Positions 17,426 through 26,739 of a stretch of DNA of 64,000 bases are shown piece by piece. Origin of the DNA: a virus (lineage: Duplodnaviria > Heunggongvirae > Uroviricota > Caudoviricetes). Positions within the stretch are counted from its first letter, which is position 1; each line of letters begins with the position of its first letter. Both the position numbers and the translations under genes were made by a program. The notes beneath the pieces are model-generated. The model ran no database searches, was not told the DNA's origin, and saw only the letters and a program-made list of their open reading frames with translations. Where the stretch lies: IMG/VR virus record IMGVR_UViG_3300032327_001521; one strand, given 5' to 3'.

Positions 17426-17929
17426 CTATGCTTTATCAGCAGTATTTGCCTGGTCCTTTAGTCCTGCAATTTGCTCATCCAACTTTTTCATTTCCATCAT
17501 AGGTTGGTTAAGGGCCATTGCAATTCTAAAGATTCGCTGTGCACTATCAATGCCGGTTCCTTCAAATCGATTGATAATCATTGCACATGCTTCAATAGCA
17601 GAGGCTTGTACCTGGATTGGACCAGTTTCAGCAGATGATTTTTCCATCTGCTCGTATCGTGCAACAGCGGAGGCAAATCCCAAATAACAATTCATTAGCA
17701 TGAATGCTTCATTTGGACCGGTGAATGTGAATTTAGCATTACACTGATTACGAATCCACTTAAGGTCTCCAGGTTCAATACCGAGTGTCCAATAACCTGT
17801 TCGCCTATTGATAAGCATTTCAGATTCTGACATGGTACTAGTTGGCTCTTCCTGAGATTCTTCTACAGTTGAGGTTTGAACATCTTGCTCCATTAGAGCT
17901 TCTGTTTCTTGCGCGGTTTGGTCTTTCAT
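17426..17929 (-). CDS. hypothetical acidic protein
   Basis: 167-aa ORF. Confidence 0.45.
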   Translation of the reverse strand: MKDQTAQETEALMEQDVQTSTVEESQEEPTSTMSESEMLINRRTGYWTLGIEPGDLKWIRNQCNAKFTFTGPNEAFMLMNCYLGFASAVARYEQMEKSSAETGPIQVQASAIEACAMIINRFEGTGIDSAQRIFRIAMALNQPMMEMKKLDEQIAGLKDQANTADKA

Positions 17930-18001
17930 TTGACAGGTTTTATTTAATTATTATACCAATAAATTGGTTAGTAGAATTTTACTAACTACAAATTACAAGT
18001 T

Positions 18002-18490
18002 TTAGCGAAGCCTGTCTAAAATTATGCGCTGTGAATTTAATATCTTTGAATAGGCTTCAGTTAGGTCAATGAAGCCTGCCCAGTCAATTTCTTCAGTCTG
18101 TAGCTGTGAAGCTGGTATACTAAGACCAGTTAAGCCAATCTCTGATGGATTTGAGATTCGGCAAATTAGGTAGTGGATATTGTGTTTGAAAGTTTGGCCT
18201 TTCCATACCTCGGCTGTGTGAACTTCAGGTTCAACCTGAGATCGACTAAGTGAGATACCCGTCTCTTCAAACAGTTCTCTAAATGCAGCATCCTCTGGGG
18301 ATTCGCCAACCTCCACTTTGCCTTTTGGAATTCCCATTATTGGCTTTTGCCAACTATCATTTGTTGGATGAATAAGTAATACCATTGGCCCAGTTGGGGC
18401 TTCGAGAACAATTACTATGCCAGCCTTGTCAGTTGACCCCTTTGGCTCTTCTGCAAATGTACTAAATGATTTAACCATTTGAGTCAGCAT
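18002..18490 (-). CDS. NUDIX hydrolase
   Basis: Nudix box GKVEVGESPEDAAFRELFEETGI (G-x5-E-x7-REUxEExGU); start moved to internal Met to avoid overlap with S21 gene. Confidence 0.75.
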   Translation of the reverse strand: MLTQMVKSFSTFAEEPKGSTDKAGIVIVLEAPTGPMVLLIHPTNDSWQKPIMGIPKGKVEVGESPEDAAFRELFEETGISLSRSQVEPEVHTAEVWKGQTFKHNIHYLICRISNPSEIGLTGLSIPASQLQTEEIDWAGFIDLTEAYSKILNSQRIILDRLR

Positions 18491-18668
18491 TTCGATACAT
18501 TTGTCTATGCTTGGCAGCTTTAATCTCTTCACGTCTTAATATGCTAGGTTTAGTGAACTCTTTTCTTTTTCGGAGTTCCTTGTTTTGGCCGGTTTTTTCA
18601 ATCTTTCGCTTTAGGACCTTTAGAGCTCGATCAATTGAGCCGTGGTCTTTTGTATTTACAATTAACAT
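18471..18668 (-). CDS. rpsU: ribosomal protein S21 (phage-encoded, Bacteroidetes-type)
   Basis: MLIVNTKDHGSIDRALKVLKRKIEKTGQNKELRKRKEFTKPSILRREEIKAAKHRQ matches bS21 length and the KRxxEKxG...ELRxR...KPS pattern. Confidence 0.75.
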   Translation of the reverse strand: MLIVNTKDHGSIDRALKVLKRKIEKTGQNKELRKRKEFTKPSILRREEIKAAKHRQMYRNADSNG

Positions 18669-18672
18669 TTTC

Positions 18673-19401
18673 TTATAGTAGGTATGGGCACAGTTTTAAA
18701 ACCTCCTCACGGTTAATATACTCATTAAGGTAGGTATTTACAAGCCCTGTTTGAATTTTGTGTTTGTACCATATTGGTAACTTGCCAATATATGATTCAT
18801 GCACTGCAAAATAGAGATTTACCAGATCCGGCCGATCTAGCTTAAAATTCTCCATCGTTAACATGACTGGTCCTTTTGCGGTGATACCTGCTCTAAATCG
18901 AATAAGATCCTCGCCAAGAGTTTGGTGTAGATTCTCAGCAAGCTCAGCGAGTTTGGTAGTATGTGGAAATCTGCCTAGATTAAGGTGAACTGGCTTGCCA
19001 TCCACGATTTGTCTAGCTCCAATCAAATTCCCTTTATGCGATACTATTTGGACCTGCTCATTAAATTTAGGCTTACTAAAGTATAGCGAACCCTTCTGCA
19101 TAGGCGTAACATTTAAGTGCCTAAAAGTTGGAAATGTCCTAATTTTAGAGTCTGGCTCGATTGCTGTAATTGGAGTGGCCAGCTTTTGAGCTCTAAATTT
19201 ACTCTGAACTGACTCCGGTATAAAATCTGAACCGGCTAATCGGTTAAAAACTTGGTGAGTTGAATAGGCATTAGGCTTAATGCTAATCATAAGCTTACAA
19301 TCATCTCCATATAGATCAGTAAGATCATGTGATTCTCCAACAAGCCCTATTTTATGCGAAAACGTATCGTAGTTTTGAAAGTCATCAAATCGCTTTATCA
19401 T
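18673..19401 (-). CDS. hypothetical protein
   Basis: 242-aa ORF. Confidence 0.5.
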   Translation of the reverse strand: MIKRFDDFQNYDTFSHKIGLVGESHDLTDLYGDDCKLMISIKPNAYSTHQVFNRLAGSDFIPESVQSKFRAQKLATPITAIEPDSKIRTFPTFRHLNVTPMQKGSLYFSKPKFNEQVQIVSHKGNLIGARQIVDGKPVHLNLGRFPHTTKLAELAENLHQTLGEDLIRFRAGITAKGPVMLTMENFKLDRPDLVNLYFAVHESYIGKLPIWYKHKIQTGLVNTYLNEYINREEVLKLCPYLL

Positions 19402-21722
19402 CGTTTGGTTACCAATTTTCCAATCTTAAAAAAGCCTTTGCCTTCTTTAACCTGTTCTTGATTAGTTTGAAGGGCTTTTGGTACGGTTCCATTTTCCCAG
19501 TGAGCCAATGTTTCTTTCTTAACATCGTCTCTCATTGATGCATTAAGTTCGCCAGACCTTTCCAATTCGTCAAGAGTTGCATCAAGTCGAGAGATCTTAT
19601 CAGTATTTGGAGAATATGAATTATTCTTGAAATCCCAAGCATCTGCTAGATAGGCCTGTGAGTATGGGTCTAGGCTTGACATTGGGTGCTGCGGTTCAAT
19701 ATCACTGGCTTCACCAAGAGAACTTAGCACATTTTTCATTGCCGCCGTTAAGGGTGCCATTTCCTCTTCTGTTGTTATATCCTTTTTATCGCCGCCGCCC
19801 TTTGCTGAATACATGCCCTTTGGTTGGCTAAGTAGTGCTCCAGTTGCAGCGGTTGCAACAGCGGCGCTCACTGCGCATGGATTATTGGGTTTAGTTTCCG
19901 CTGCAAGTTTAGACATTGCCTCTTTTGCACTCTTAACCTGAGAACTAATCGCAGCATACGATTCCGGATCAGACTCCTTAAGCACATCTAGCTCTTCCAT
20001 TGTTATTGAATCAGAAGAGTCCTCTTCGGCTATTAAGGATAGAGTTTCTTGTATACCGGCTAAATTTAGCGCAACACTTGAGGTTTTGTCAGCCGCTGCA
20101 TCTGTTACTTTATTAAAAACATCATTTGGATCGGTGCCCTTACCTAAATAGGAAAGACACTCATTGCTCTTTATAAAGCTCTTAAGTAAAAATGCAACCA
20201 GTGCTTTTGAGCTCAGTGCAACCTTAGGCGCTACTTTTTCAAGTTTAGCAATTGAGGCCTGTACAGTTTTTAGCATTTTAGGTCCTTGTATTAAGAGTTC
20301 TGGTGCTTCTCTAAATATTGCTACTGACTTTGCAACGTTCGGACTAAGTAATTTAACGGCACCTGGGGTTTCAATAATGTCTGACAGCAATTTTTGTAAG
20401 CCTGCAGCGTTACCGGCCTTAATTTCGCTAATCAATGCTTTGTCGAGATTTACGCCTGCCTTGGCGAATTCAGTTGCTAGTTTTGGATCCTTTAGTAAGG
20501 CAATAAGGCTTTTGCCAGTTACTTGGCCCTCCTTTGCAAGCATATTACCAATCATCTTTTCATATGCAGCATACATGAGATACTTTTCTTTGATTGACTT
20601 TGATGCTCCATTTGTTAACAGTTTTTGGAATCCTTCTGACTTGATTATATCGGATTCCATTTTACTAGTAAATGCTGGAATGTCTGCAAATTTACTTGTA
20701 ATCTTGTTAATCTCTGCTTGAACTTCACCGGCTCCAATTGCCTTGGTTTCAGCATCAACTGCAGCCTTATCGGCAGCGGCTGTGAGCTTTGCCTCATCTT
20801 TGAGTAGGAGCTCACTTGCGTCAGTTGCGCTCTTACTAAAAGCAGAAGTCTTTAGCGCAAGTTCGTCAAGCCATTTTAATAAACCTGCAGGCTTTGGAAC
20901 AATTCCCAAGCTTGCTTTGTTAAGAGCATTACCAATAAAATCAGCTAGTCCACGAATGATTTTTATCCCAGTAGTTGAAAGAAACTTTCCAATTTCGCCT
21001 AGTCCAGTTGCTAATTTTTCAAAAATTCCAGTACTAGCTTTTGCCCCAGGATCAATAGCTAAGGCTCCAGCTTTAAACTCCTGAACGGCACCTTTGGCAG
21101 CGGCTCCTCCCCAAAGTGCTCCAATCAGCTTTTCGCCAAGTTTTGCAAAAGGCTTCATTGCAAACTTGATTGGTGCAAATACGACTGCGCCAACTGCAGG
21201 TATTGCCATGCCTAAGCTAATAAGACCGGTTAGGAAATTACCTCGATAGAAAGAGATTAGTGCATTTATAAAGTTTGCTACTTCATTTGCTGGAATACCT
21301 GCTGCATCAAATGGAATGATTCCAATAATATCGAGCACAAATTGTAAGATTCCAATCGCAGACCCGCCCTCAGTCATGGTACTTAAGAAACTCTTTGCCA
21401 TGTCCATTAGGCCCTCATTAATTGGTGATAGCGCTTCTAGTGTTTCGAGATAGGCTCCTTCAAGAGTAAGAAATACTGGGTTATAGCCATGTCGAATTAG
21501 AAGATTTTCACACCTATTGATCTCTTCAATTGCATCAAATGCTTCAAGTAGATACAATTGATGGTTTAGCACGGCTGCCGCTTCCTGAGAAGTTGCTGGA
21601 ATATATTGAGTAAATGAAAGAGAGCCAAGCGTCTCCCAAATTGTTTGGGGTACAATTGATTCTAATAGATTAGAACTGTTTGGTTGACCGAAAAATTCGT
21701 CAGCTGAAGAAATATACTTCAT
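19398..21722 (-). CDS. large Ala/Lys/Gly-rich protein with hydrophobic GxxxG segments (tape-measure or internal virion protein candidate)
   Basis: 774 aa; segments like LISLGMAIPAVGAVVFAPI and LIGALWGGAAAKGA; antisense ORFs 20164..20721 and 20743..21084 are GCN-codon artifacts. Confidence 0.45.
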   Translation of the reverse strand: MKYISSADEFFGQPNSSNLLESIVPQTIWETLGSLSFTQYIPATSQEAAAVLNHQLYLLEAFDAIEEINRCENLLIRHGYNPVFLTLEGAYLETLEALSPINEGLMDMAKSFLSTMTEGGSAIGILQFVLDIIGIIPFDAAGIPANEVANFINALISFYRGNFLTGLISLGMAIPAVGAVVFAPIKFAMKPFAKLGEKLIGALWGGAAAKGAVQEFKAGALAIDPGAKASTGIFEKLATGLGEIGKFLSTTGIKIIRGLADFIGNALNKASLGIVPKPAGLLKWLDELALKTSAFSKSATDASELLLKDEAKLTAAADKAAVDAETKAIGAGEVQAEINKITSKFADIPAFTSKMESDIIKSEGFQKLLTNGASKSIKEKYLMYAAYEKMIGNMLAKEGQVTGKSLIALLKDPKLATEFAKAGVNLDKALISEIKAGNAAGLQKLLSDIIETPGAVKLLSPNVAKSVAIFREAPELLIQGPKMLKTVQASIAKLEKVAPKVALSSKALVAFLLKSFIKSNECLSYLGKGTDPNDVFNKVTDAAADKTSSVALNLAGIQETLSLIAEEDSSDSITMEELDVLKESDPESYAAISSQVKSAKEAMSKLAAETKPNNPCAVSAAVATAATGALLSQPKGMYSAKGGGDKKDITTEEEMAPLTAAMKNVLSSLGEASDIEPQHPMSSLDPYSQAYLADAWDFKNNSYSPNTDKISRLDATLDELERSGELNASMRDDVKKETLAHWENGTVPKALQTNQEQVKEGKGFFKIGKLVTKR

Positions 21723-21740
21723 TAAAGTTAGTCACTTTTT

Positions 21741-21755
21741 TCTATTTATTTAGAG
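21741..21755 (-). promoter_or_regulatory. late-promoter-like motif (minus-strand CTCTAAATAAATAGA)
   Basis: one of at least 8 copies of a T[AG]TTTATTTA-type motif 15-50 nt upstream of structural gene starts. Confidence 0.3.
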
Positions 21756-22811
21756 TGAACTAACTATTTGGCCGAGTATTTTTTGGTAGTCCTCATGTGA
21801 GCACTCCGATAGAAACTTGCAAATTTCAAAAAATTCGTCAACTGTTTCAAATGACAGTGCTGGGTGCAGACTAGGGTCCTTGTACGATACTGGGATTACA
21901 CCTAGCATCAATGATTCATAGACTCGAGCTGGTGTAAAGCCTTCCTCTAGATAGAGAGTCTTACTCACATTTATTGAGACTAGCGAATGTAGTAAAGAAT
22001 CCCATATCTCTTCTCTATTTTGTCTTGGGCAAAGCCTTACCTGAGATTTAGTGGCTATCCACTCTTCTAGCAAATCCGTTGACTTTGCTGCAATGGTCAT
22101 TGTGAATTTCTCACCATTAAATTTCTGGACTTCATCTATTGCATTAATTATATCAATAATTATTGGGTCCTTTGAATGGCCTATCTTATAGTTATCAAAT
22201 GATAGATTGCCATAATATGTGAGATGAGACTGTCTGCTATAGGTATGCTCAGAGTGCAAAGCTAAACAATCTTCAAGAAATCGCTTACTGCAACCTTTCA
22301 TAGTAATGGATGGAATTTCTCGACAGAGCCCCAACTGCCTAGATGTCTCTAAGAAATCCAGGCTCAAAGAGAGATCTGTATCAAGAATAATAATATCTGC
22401 TGGATCATAGCCCGCAGCTAGAGCAGTGGTTATGATCTCTTCAAACCTGGCAGCATCATTGAGCTTCTTCTCCAAAGTTGAGAGATTTCTAAATCTAGCC
22501 TTTAGGAAAATTTTTGAATAGTGTCTCATTTTGATCCTATTTAGGACCGTATCAAATTGAATTCGATAGTCAAAAACAAGTTCATTGCAGTACTTTTCAA
22601 ATACTTTGCCAATCTTATCATTTGGAAAAATTGGCCGTATATTGCCGGTCTTGCCTTTATCAATATAATTAAAAAAATCAAATCCATCAACTTGATATGA
22701 TCGTGCAATCTCATCAAGTAGACCTAATTGATAAAAAGTATGGCCTGGAATATTATCATCAAATATGCCTAACTGGCCAAAATATGCATAGAGTGCACGG
22801 GTCTTTTCCAT
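21750..22811 (-). CDS. hypothetical protein, weak GT-B glycosyltransferase-like C-terminal motif
   Basis: 353 aa; ESLMLGVIPVSY resembles the E-x7-E / G-x-P-V motif of GT-B C-terminal domains; weak. Confidence 0.3.
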   Translation of the reverse strand: MEKTRALYAYFGQLGIFDDNIPGHTFYQLGLLDEIARSYQVDGFDFFNYIDKGKTGNIRPIFPNDKIGKVFEKYCNELVFDYRIQFDTVLNRIKMRHYSKIFLKARFRNLSTLEKKLNDAARFEEIITTALAAGYDPADIIILDTDLSLSLDFLETSRQLGLCREIPSITMKGCSKRFLEDCLALHSEHTYSRQSHLTYYGNLSFDNYKIGHSKDPIIIDIINAIDEVQKFNGEKFTMTIAAKSTDLLEEWIATKSQVRLCPRQNREEIWDSLLHSLVSINVSKTLYLEEGFTPARVYESLMLGVIPVSYKDPSLHPALSFETVDEFFEICKFLSECSHEDYQKILGQIVSSL

Positions 22812-22828
22812 ATGATTAATCTATACTT

Positions 22829-23590
22829 TTAGTAAGAGCCATTTGACTTTTCATTAGTAATCCTTAGAAAGCGTTTGAATGTAATTATACCTTCGTTAAT
22901 TGACTTGAAGAATATTTTATTGAAATCTTTTAGGTCCTGTTTATAACCAGATTGGGTTTCATCTGTAGAATTCTCAGTCCATTGATAAGACCAAAACAAT
23001 TCTTTTGGCGTTTTAAATCCAAAGAATTCAAGTACCTGCCTTTCGGTTTTTATTGCCTCATCACCATTCCAATTATGACCAACTGAAATAACTCCGCAAT
23101 CAATATCTTTTAATATGTTGGATTCGCCTAATGTAGTGTGCCTATTTTCTAGCCAAGTTAGCCTTTCTACTAATTTAGCATATACAGCATTCATTTTGCC
23201 CCATCTTATAGAACCAAAGAAAACGACAGCATCAGACTTCAATAATTCATTGACAACTTTATACAATTCGTCATCTTTGTTATTAAAGGAAGCCCAACAT
23301 CTTAATTCGCCAGTTTTATCTTTGCCATTTTTGAGTAAGGCTTTTTTAACTCCACAGTAATTACCTGTTTTAGAACTGACATTGCCTTCACACTCATAGA
23401 TTTTTAGCTTGGAAATATCAATAATTGTGACTTTATTGGGTCCTAACTTTTCCTGTAAAAGATAAGCTACTGAAGAAGATTTTGGAGTATCGTCTTTATG
23501 CCCTGACCAACGATTGGAAGTTAACAGAAAAAGAACTTTTTCCTTCTTTTCTAGGTATTTTAAAGTTTTGTTAAATTTTTCGTTAGTCAT
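22829..23590 (-). CDS. flavodoxin-like fold protein (NAD(P)H-dependent FMN reductase-like)
   Basis: VLFLLTSNRWSGHK resembles the phosphate-binding loop of flavodoxin-like reductases; weak. Confidence 0.3.
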   Translation of the reverse strand: MTNEKFNKTLKYLEKKEKVLFLLTSNRWSGHKDDTPKSSSVAYLLQEKLGPNKVTIIDISKLKIYECEGNVSSKTGNYCGVKKALLKNGKDKTGELRCWASFNNKDDELYKVVNELLKSDAVVFFGSIRWGKMNAVYAKLVERLTWLENRHTTLGESNILKDIDCGVISVGHNWNGDEAIKTERQVLEFFGFKTPKELFWSYQWTENSTDETQSGYKQDLKDFNKIFFKSINEGIITFKRFLRITNEKSNGSY

Positions 23591-23607
23591 ATTTACTCTT
23601 TATAATT

Positions 23608-23994
23608 TTAACATCTTAATAAAGTACTATCTGATGAACCACTTTGCCAACCTCCATGTAACTTACCTGGATTATATGCACCACTTAGCCAATCAACAAC
23701 ATTTTGGTCTTTTTTAGATGGAGGACCATTGTTAATCATTGGTTTAGGGTCTTTACCTTCTTGAATAATTTGTGTCGGTGGTGGAGTTGGTTTTTCCACT
23801 TTACCATCATGAATATCTTGCAGTTCTTGAACTTTTACTTTTGATTTACCTTCATTTAAAGAAGGGTCAATCTCATGTTTGAATACAAGATTCAAATGGC
23901 TTTTAATCATTTCAGCCTGTCCTTCATCAATTTTGTTTGTGCCAGTGATTTCAAAAAAACCTTGAAGCCAAAAGGCAAAATCTCTACTTGTCAT
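23608..23994 (-). CDS. hypothetical protein
   Basis: 128-aa ORF. Confidence 0.4.
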   Translation of the reverse strand: MTSRDFAFWLQGFFEITGTNKIDEGQAEMIKSHLNLVFKHEIDPSLNEGKSKVKVQELQDIHDGKVEKPTPPPTQIIQEGKDPKPMINNGPPSKKDQNVVDWLSGAYNPGKLHGGWQSGSSDSTLLRC

Positions 23995-24002
23995 TTTCTT
24001 AG

Positions 24003-24803
24003 TTAAACGTTTTTAAAGCCGGCAAAGTGTGTAATAAAGTGTTTGTTTGTACCGGCTGCACGATTAACAAAAACCCGGTCAAAGTTATTCTCAAAAATGG
24101 AGAGAACTTCATTAAACTTTTGGGAGCGGTTTTCTAAAAGCCAAGAGTAATGAAAATGATATTCAACAATGAATAGTTTGATATGGCTCCAGTCAGTAAC
24201 AGCCTTAATCATTTCATATTCCATGCCCTCAATATCCATCTTGACACAATTAACCTTTTTAAGAACTTCATTGATATTCTCAGCTGACACGGTCATAACT
24301 GGCCGGCCTTTAACTGGATGGACTGAGTGCTTACCTGAATCCTGTGATAAGAAGAACTCAACTTCACTTTCATCACCTGGCACAATTGCTTTTTCAATAA
24401 GCTCGCAGCGGTCAGCTACTCCATTCATTTCAATATTCTGCTGAGCAAACTCAACATTGTTATGAAACGGTTCGTATGAATAGACTTTTTTAATTCTTGG
24501 AAATTGAGTTAGGAGTCGAGTTGCAAATATTCCAATATGGGCACCGGCATCTAACCAAGTATCCTCCTGATTCAGGTCTTCAAGTGTTAATGGATTGCCA
24601 TCCTGCGCATAATGTGGTAAGAACAGAGGTTTGAAATACTCTCCACCAGTCGGCTTCATTGAAATATTTTGGGATACGTTGAACTTGACCTCTTCTTCAG
24701 AGCGAACCAGAAACTTGTACTCGTGGTACTTAGTCTTTTTTTCAACGACTTGAAGCGTGCCGGCTTCTCGGGCCTCCTCAATGGAGCATAAAACATCTGC
24801 CAT
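24003..24803 (-). CDS. FkbM-family SAM-dependent methyltransferase
   Basis: motif I WLDAGAHIGIFATRL (vlDvGAnvG pattern of FkbM family). Confidence 0.55.
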   Translation of the reverse strand: MADVLCSIEEAREAGTLQVVEKKTKYHEYKFLVRSEEEVKFNVSQNISMKPTGGEYFKPLFLPHYAQDGNPLTLEDLNQEDTWLDAGAHIGIFATRLLTQFPRIKKVYSYEPFHNNVEFAQQNIEMNGVADRCELIEKAIVPGDESEVEFFLSQDSGKHSVHPVKGRPVMTVSAENINEVLKKVNCVKMDIEGMEYEMIKAVTDWSHIKLFIVEYHFHYSWLLENRSQKFNEVLSIFENNFDRVFVNRAAGTNKHFITHFAGFKNV

Positions 24804-24836
24804 GTAAACAATAATTTAACAGTATTATACTACTGT

Positions 24837-25103
24837 TTACTTATCTTGGTTTAGATCAAATGGCGTATCTTTTATTGAGAGTTCAGCTTCGTTTTCACGA
24901 TTTGGGCCAGACTTCTGATATGCAGTATCTTTGGGCTTTTCAAGTTTATCAATATCAGTTGCCTTAACCCGAACTGAGCGATTGTCTGAGGTCATTACTT
25001 GATAGGTACCATTAATCGGATCCACACCAATCACTCGACCTGACTTGCCGTCCTGTAGAGTTACGCGCTGGCCGGCAGAATATCTAGAAGACTTTGGGGA
25101 CAC
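24837..25103 (-). CDS. hypothetical small protein (SH3/KOW-like beta fold)
   Basis: 88-aa ORF; GQRVTLQDGKSGRVIGV. Confidence 0.35.
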   Translation of the reverse strand: MSPKSSRYSAGQRVTLQDGKSGRVIGVDPINGTYQVMTSDNRSVRVKATDIDKLEKPKDTAYQKSGPNRENEAELSIKDTPFDLNQDK

Positions 25104-25126
25104 TAGAGTAATGTCCTCGGCCTCAT

Positions 25127-26665
25127 TCAGACTTTTTTTTTGGAAAGCTCCAATTCAATATAGTGATTCTTAAGAGAATTAACGTTCTTCTCAATTGCAA
25201 CTTTAAGATCTGACAATTGATTATGATATTCTTCAGATAGACCTGGATCGCTTAGGGCTTCATCTAATTGAGCAATGGTTTGCTCTAATTTAGAGAGGTC
25301 AACCTCAACTGATTTCTTGTCCTCTTCAATTTGGCGTACAAATTTCTCACGCTCTTCAAGTTCAATTGCATACATTTCGCTAACATCGTAATTGAATTTC
25401 TCCATCACATAATTATGAAAATCTAGGCCTTCCATCTTTTTAACAATACGAGTGTGAGCGTATTTTTCAAAAACATAAAGAGCTTCGCCAATTGTAAATA
25501 CAATAGAGTCTGCATCAAGTCTCTCATTAACAATCTTCTTTGCAAACTCAAGATTAACAATCATGTCCAAATTATTGAATAATTTGGTTAGAGTAGCTCG
25601 GGTTTCCATCTGCTCCATTAAGAATATCTCAGATAGTTCAATTGATTTTAGGTCTTCGATCGTGTTTCCGTTAATCTTTAGAGCTAATGATCCTTCCTCA
25701 TTTACTGCAAATGCAATTTCAAGGTTACGACCTTTTGCAAAGATTTCAGATTCGCGCTCCTTAAAATTAAGGCTAGCAAATGTTTCGCAAACTTCAACAA
25801 ATTCTGGATATTCTGCAACATCTGCTTCTGTGACTTGAACAGGGGCTTCGTCTTCGGATAGTTTAACAAATTTATTATCAACAAAAACTACTGCAACTGA
25901 CTCAGAGATCTTATAGAATGGTGCAATCACTGACTTAACTTTGGCATCTCCATTTCCAATACCAATACTAAATTTGCCTTGAGCTTTTGCCTCAACCATA
26001 CTTAGCGAATTAATTAGCCTTGTGATTATTGGCATTACTGGCTTACCGCGTAATTTCATTTTGATTGAATCCGCTGTATAGATTTCTTCTAATAGACAAG
26101 TTTCAAGTTCGGCAATAACTTCACGATATAGAATAGCACCAGTTTGGCGCATTTCAAAAATTGCGTTAATTACCTCCAATTTTGAACGATTTTCATTAAC
26201 GTAATTAGTTAGTTCAGCGATAGTCGATTCAACTAATGGATCGTATGCAAAGCCGCTTAGTGATTCAATAAGTGTTCCAATTACTCTAAATTCCGGCGTA
26301 ACTGAAAGCTTTTGCTCAAGCACTGAAATTGAATACTTAAAAGACGGATCCTTATATAGAGAAGACTCCTTTAGTGCTTTAACCTTAAGTGAGAGACCTG
26401 CCTCTTTTGCCATATCCTGAAGTCGCTTGGTTGGCTTTTCTGCCAATTTCATGAATTTAGCAACAACCTCCTTTAAGTTCTCGTTTAGAGTAGCGTCTGC
26501 CATTCCGCTAAGATTGGCAAGAGCATTTTCGAGAATTTGGTCAGATGGAACGCCTAATAGAACGCTGTTATTTATGGATTCGAGCACCATCTTAATGATG
26601 ACACTATTACTAATGCTAGGATTAGACTTTAGCTCGGAGGTTAATTCTTGTATGAGACTGTTCAT
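25127..26665 (-). CDS. hypothetical protein (virion/assembly candidate)
   Basis: 512-aa ORF; preceded by TTATTTAT motifs. Confidence 0.5.
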   Translation of the reverse strand: MNSLIQELTSELKSNPSISNSVIIKMVLESINNSVLLGVPSDQILENALANLSGMADATLNENLKEVVAKFMKLAEKPTKRLQDMAKEAGLSLKVKALKESSLYKDPSFKYSISVLEQKLSVTPEFRVIGTLIESLSGFAYDPLVESTIAELTNYVNENRSKLEVINAIFEMRQTGAILYREVIAELETCLLEEIYTADSIKMKLRGKPVMPIITRLINSLSMVEAKAQGKFSIGIGNGDAKVKSVIAPFYKISESVAVVFVDNKFVKLSEDEAPVQVTEADVAEYPEFVEVCETFASLNFKERESEIFAKGRNLEIAFAVNEEGSLALKINGNTIEDLKSIELSEIFLMEQMETRATLTKLFNNLDMIVNLEFAKKIVNERLDADSIVFTIGEALYVFEKYAHTRIVKKMEGLDFHNYVMEKFNYDVSEMYAIELEEREKFVRQIEEDKKSVEVDLSKLEQTIAQLDEALSDPGLSEEYHNQLSDLKVAIEKNVNSLKNHYIELELSKKKV

Positions 26666-26683
26666 TGAACTGCTTGTCTTTTT

Positions 26684-26720
26684 TGTTATTTATTTTGCAA
26701 ATTCGGTAACTTTATTTATC
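26684..26720 (-). promoter_or_regulatory. two copies of the TTATTTAT motif upstream of gene 25127..26665
   Basis: tgttatttatttt and tttatttatc. Confidence 0.3.
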
Positions 26721-26739
26721 TGCGAATCGGCTGATATAA

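Noticed and set aside
20164-21084. Plus-strand ORFs 20164..20721 and 20743..21084.
   Set aside because: They are antisense to the Ala/Lys-rich 774-aa gene; GCN-rich codons keep the antisense frame open.
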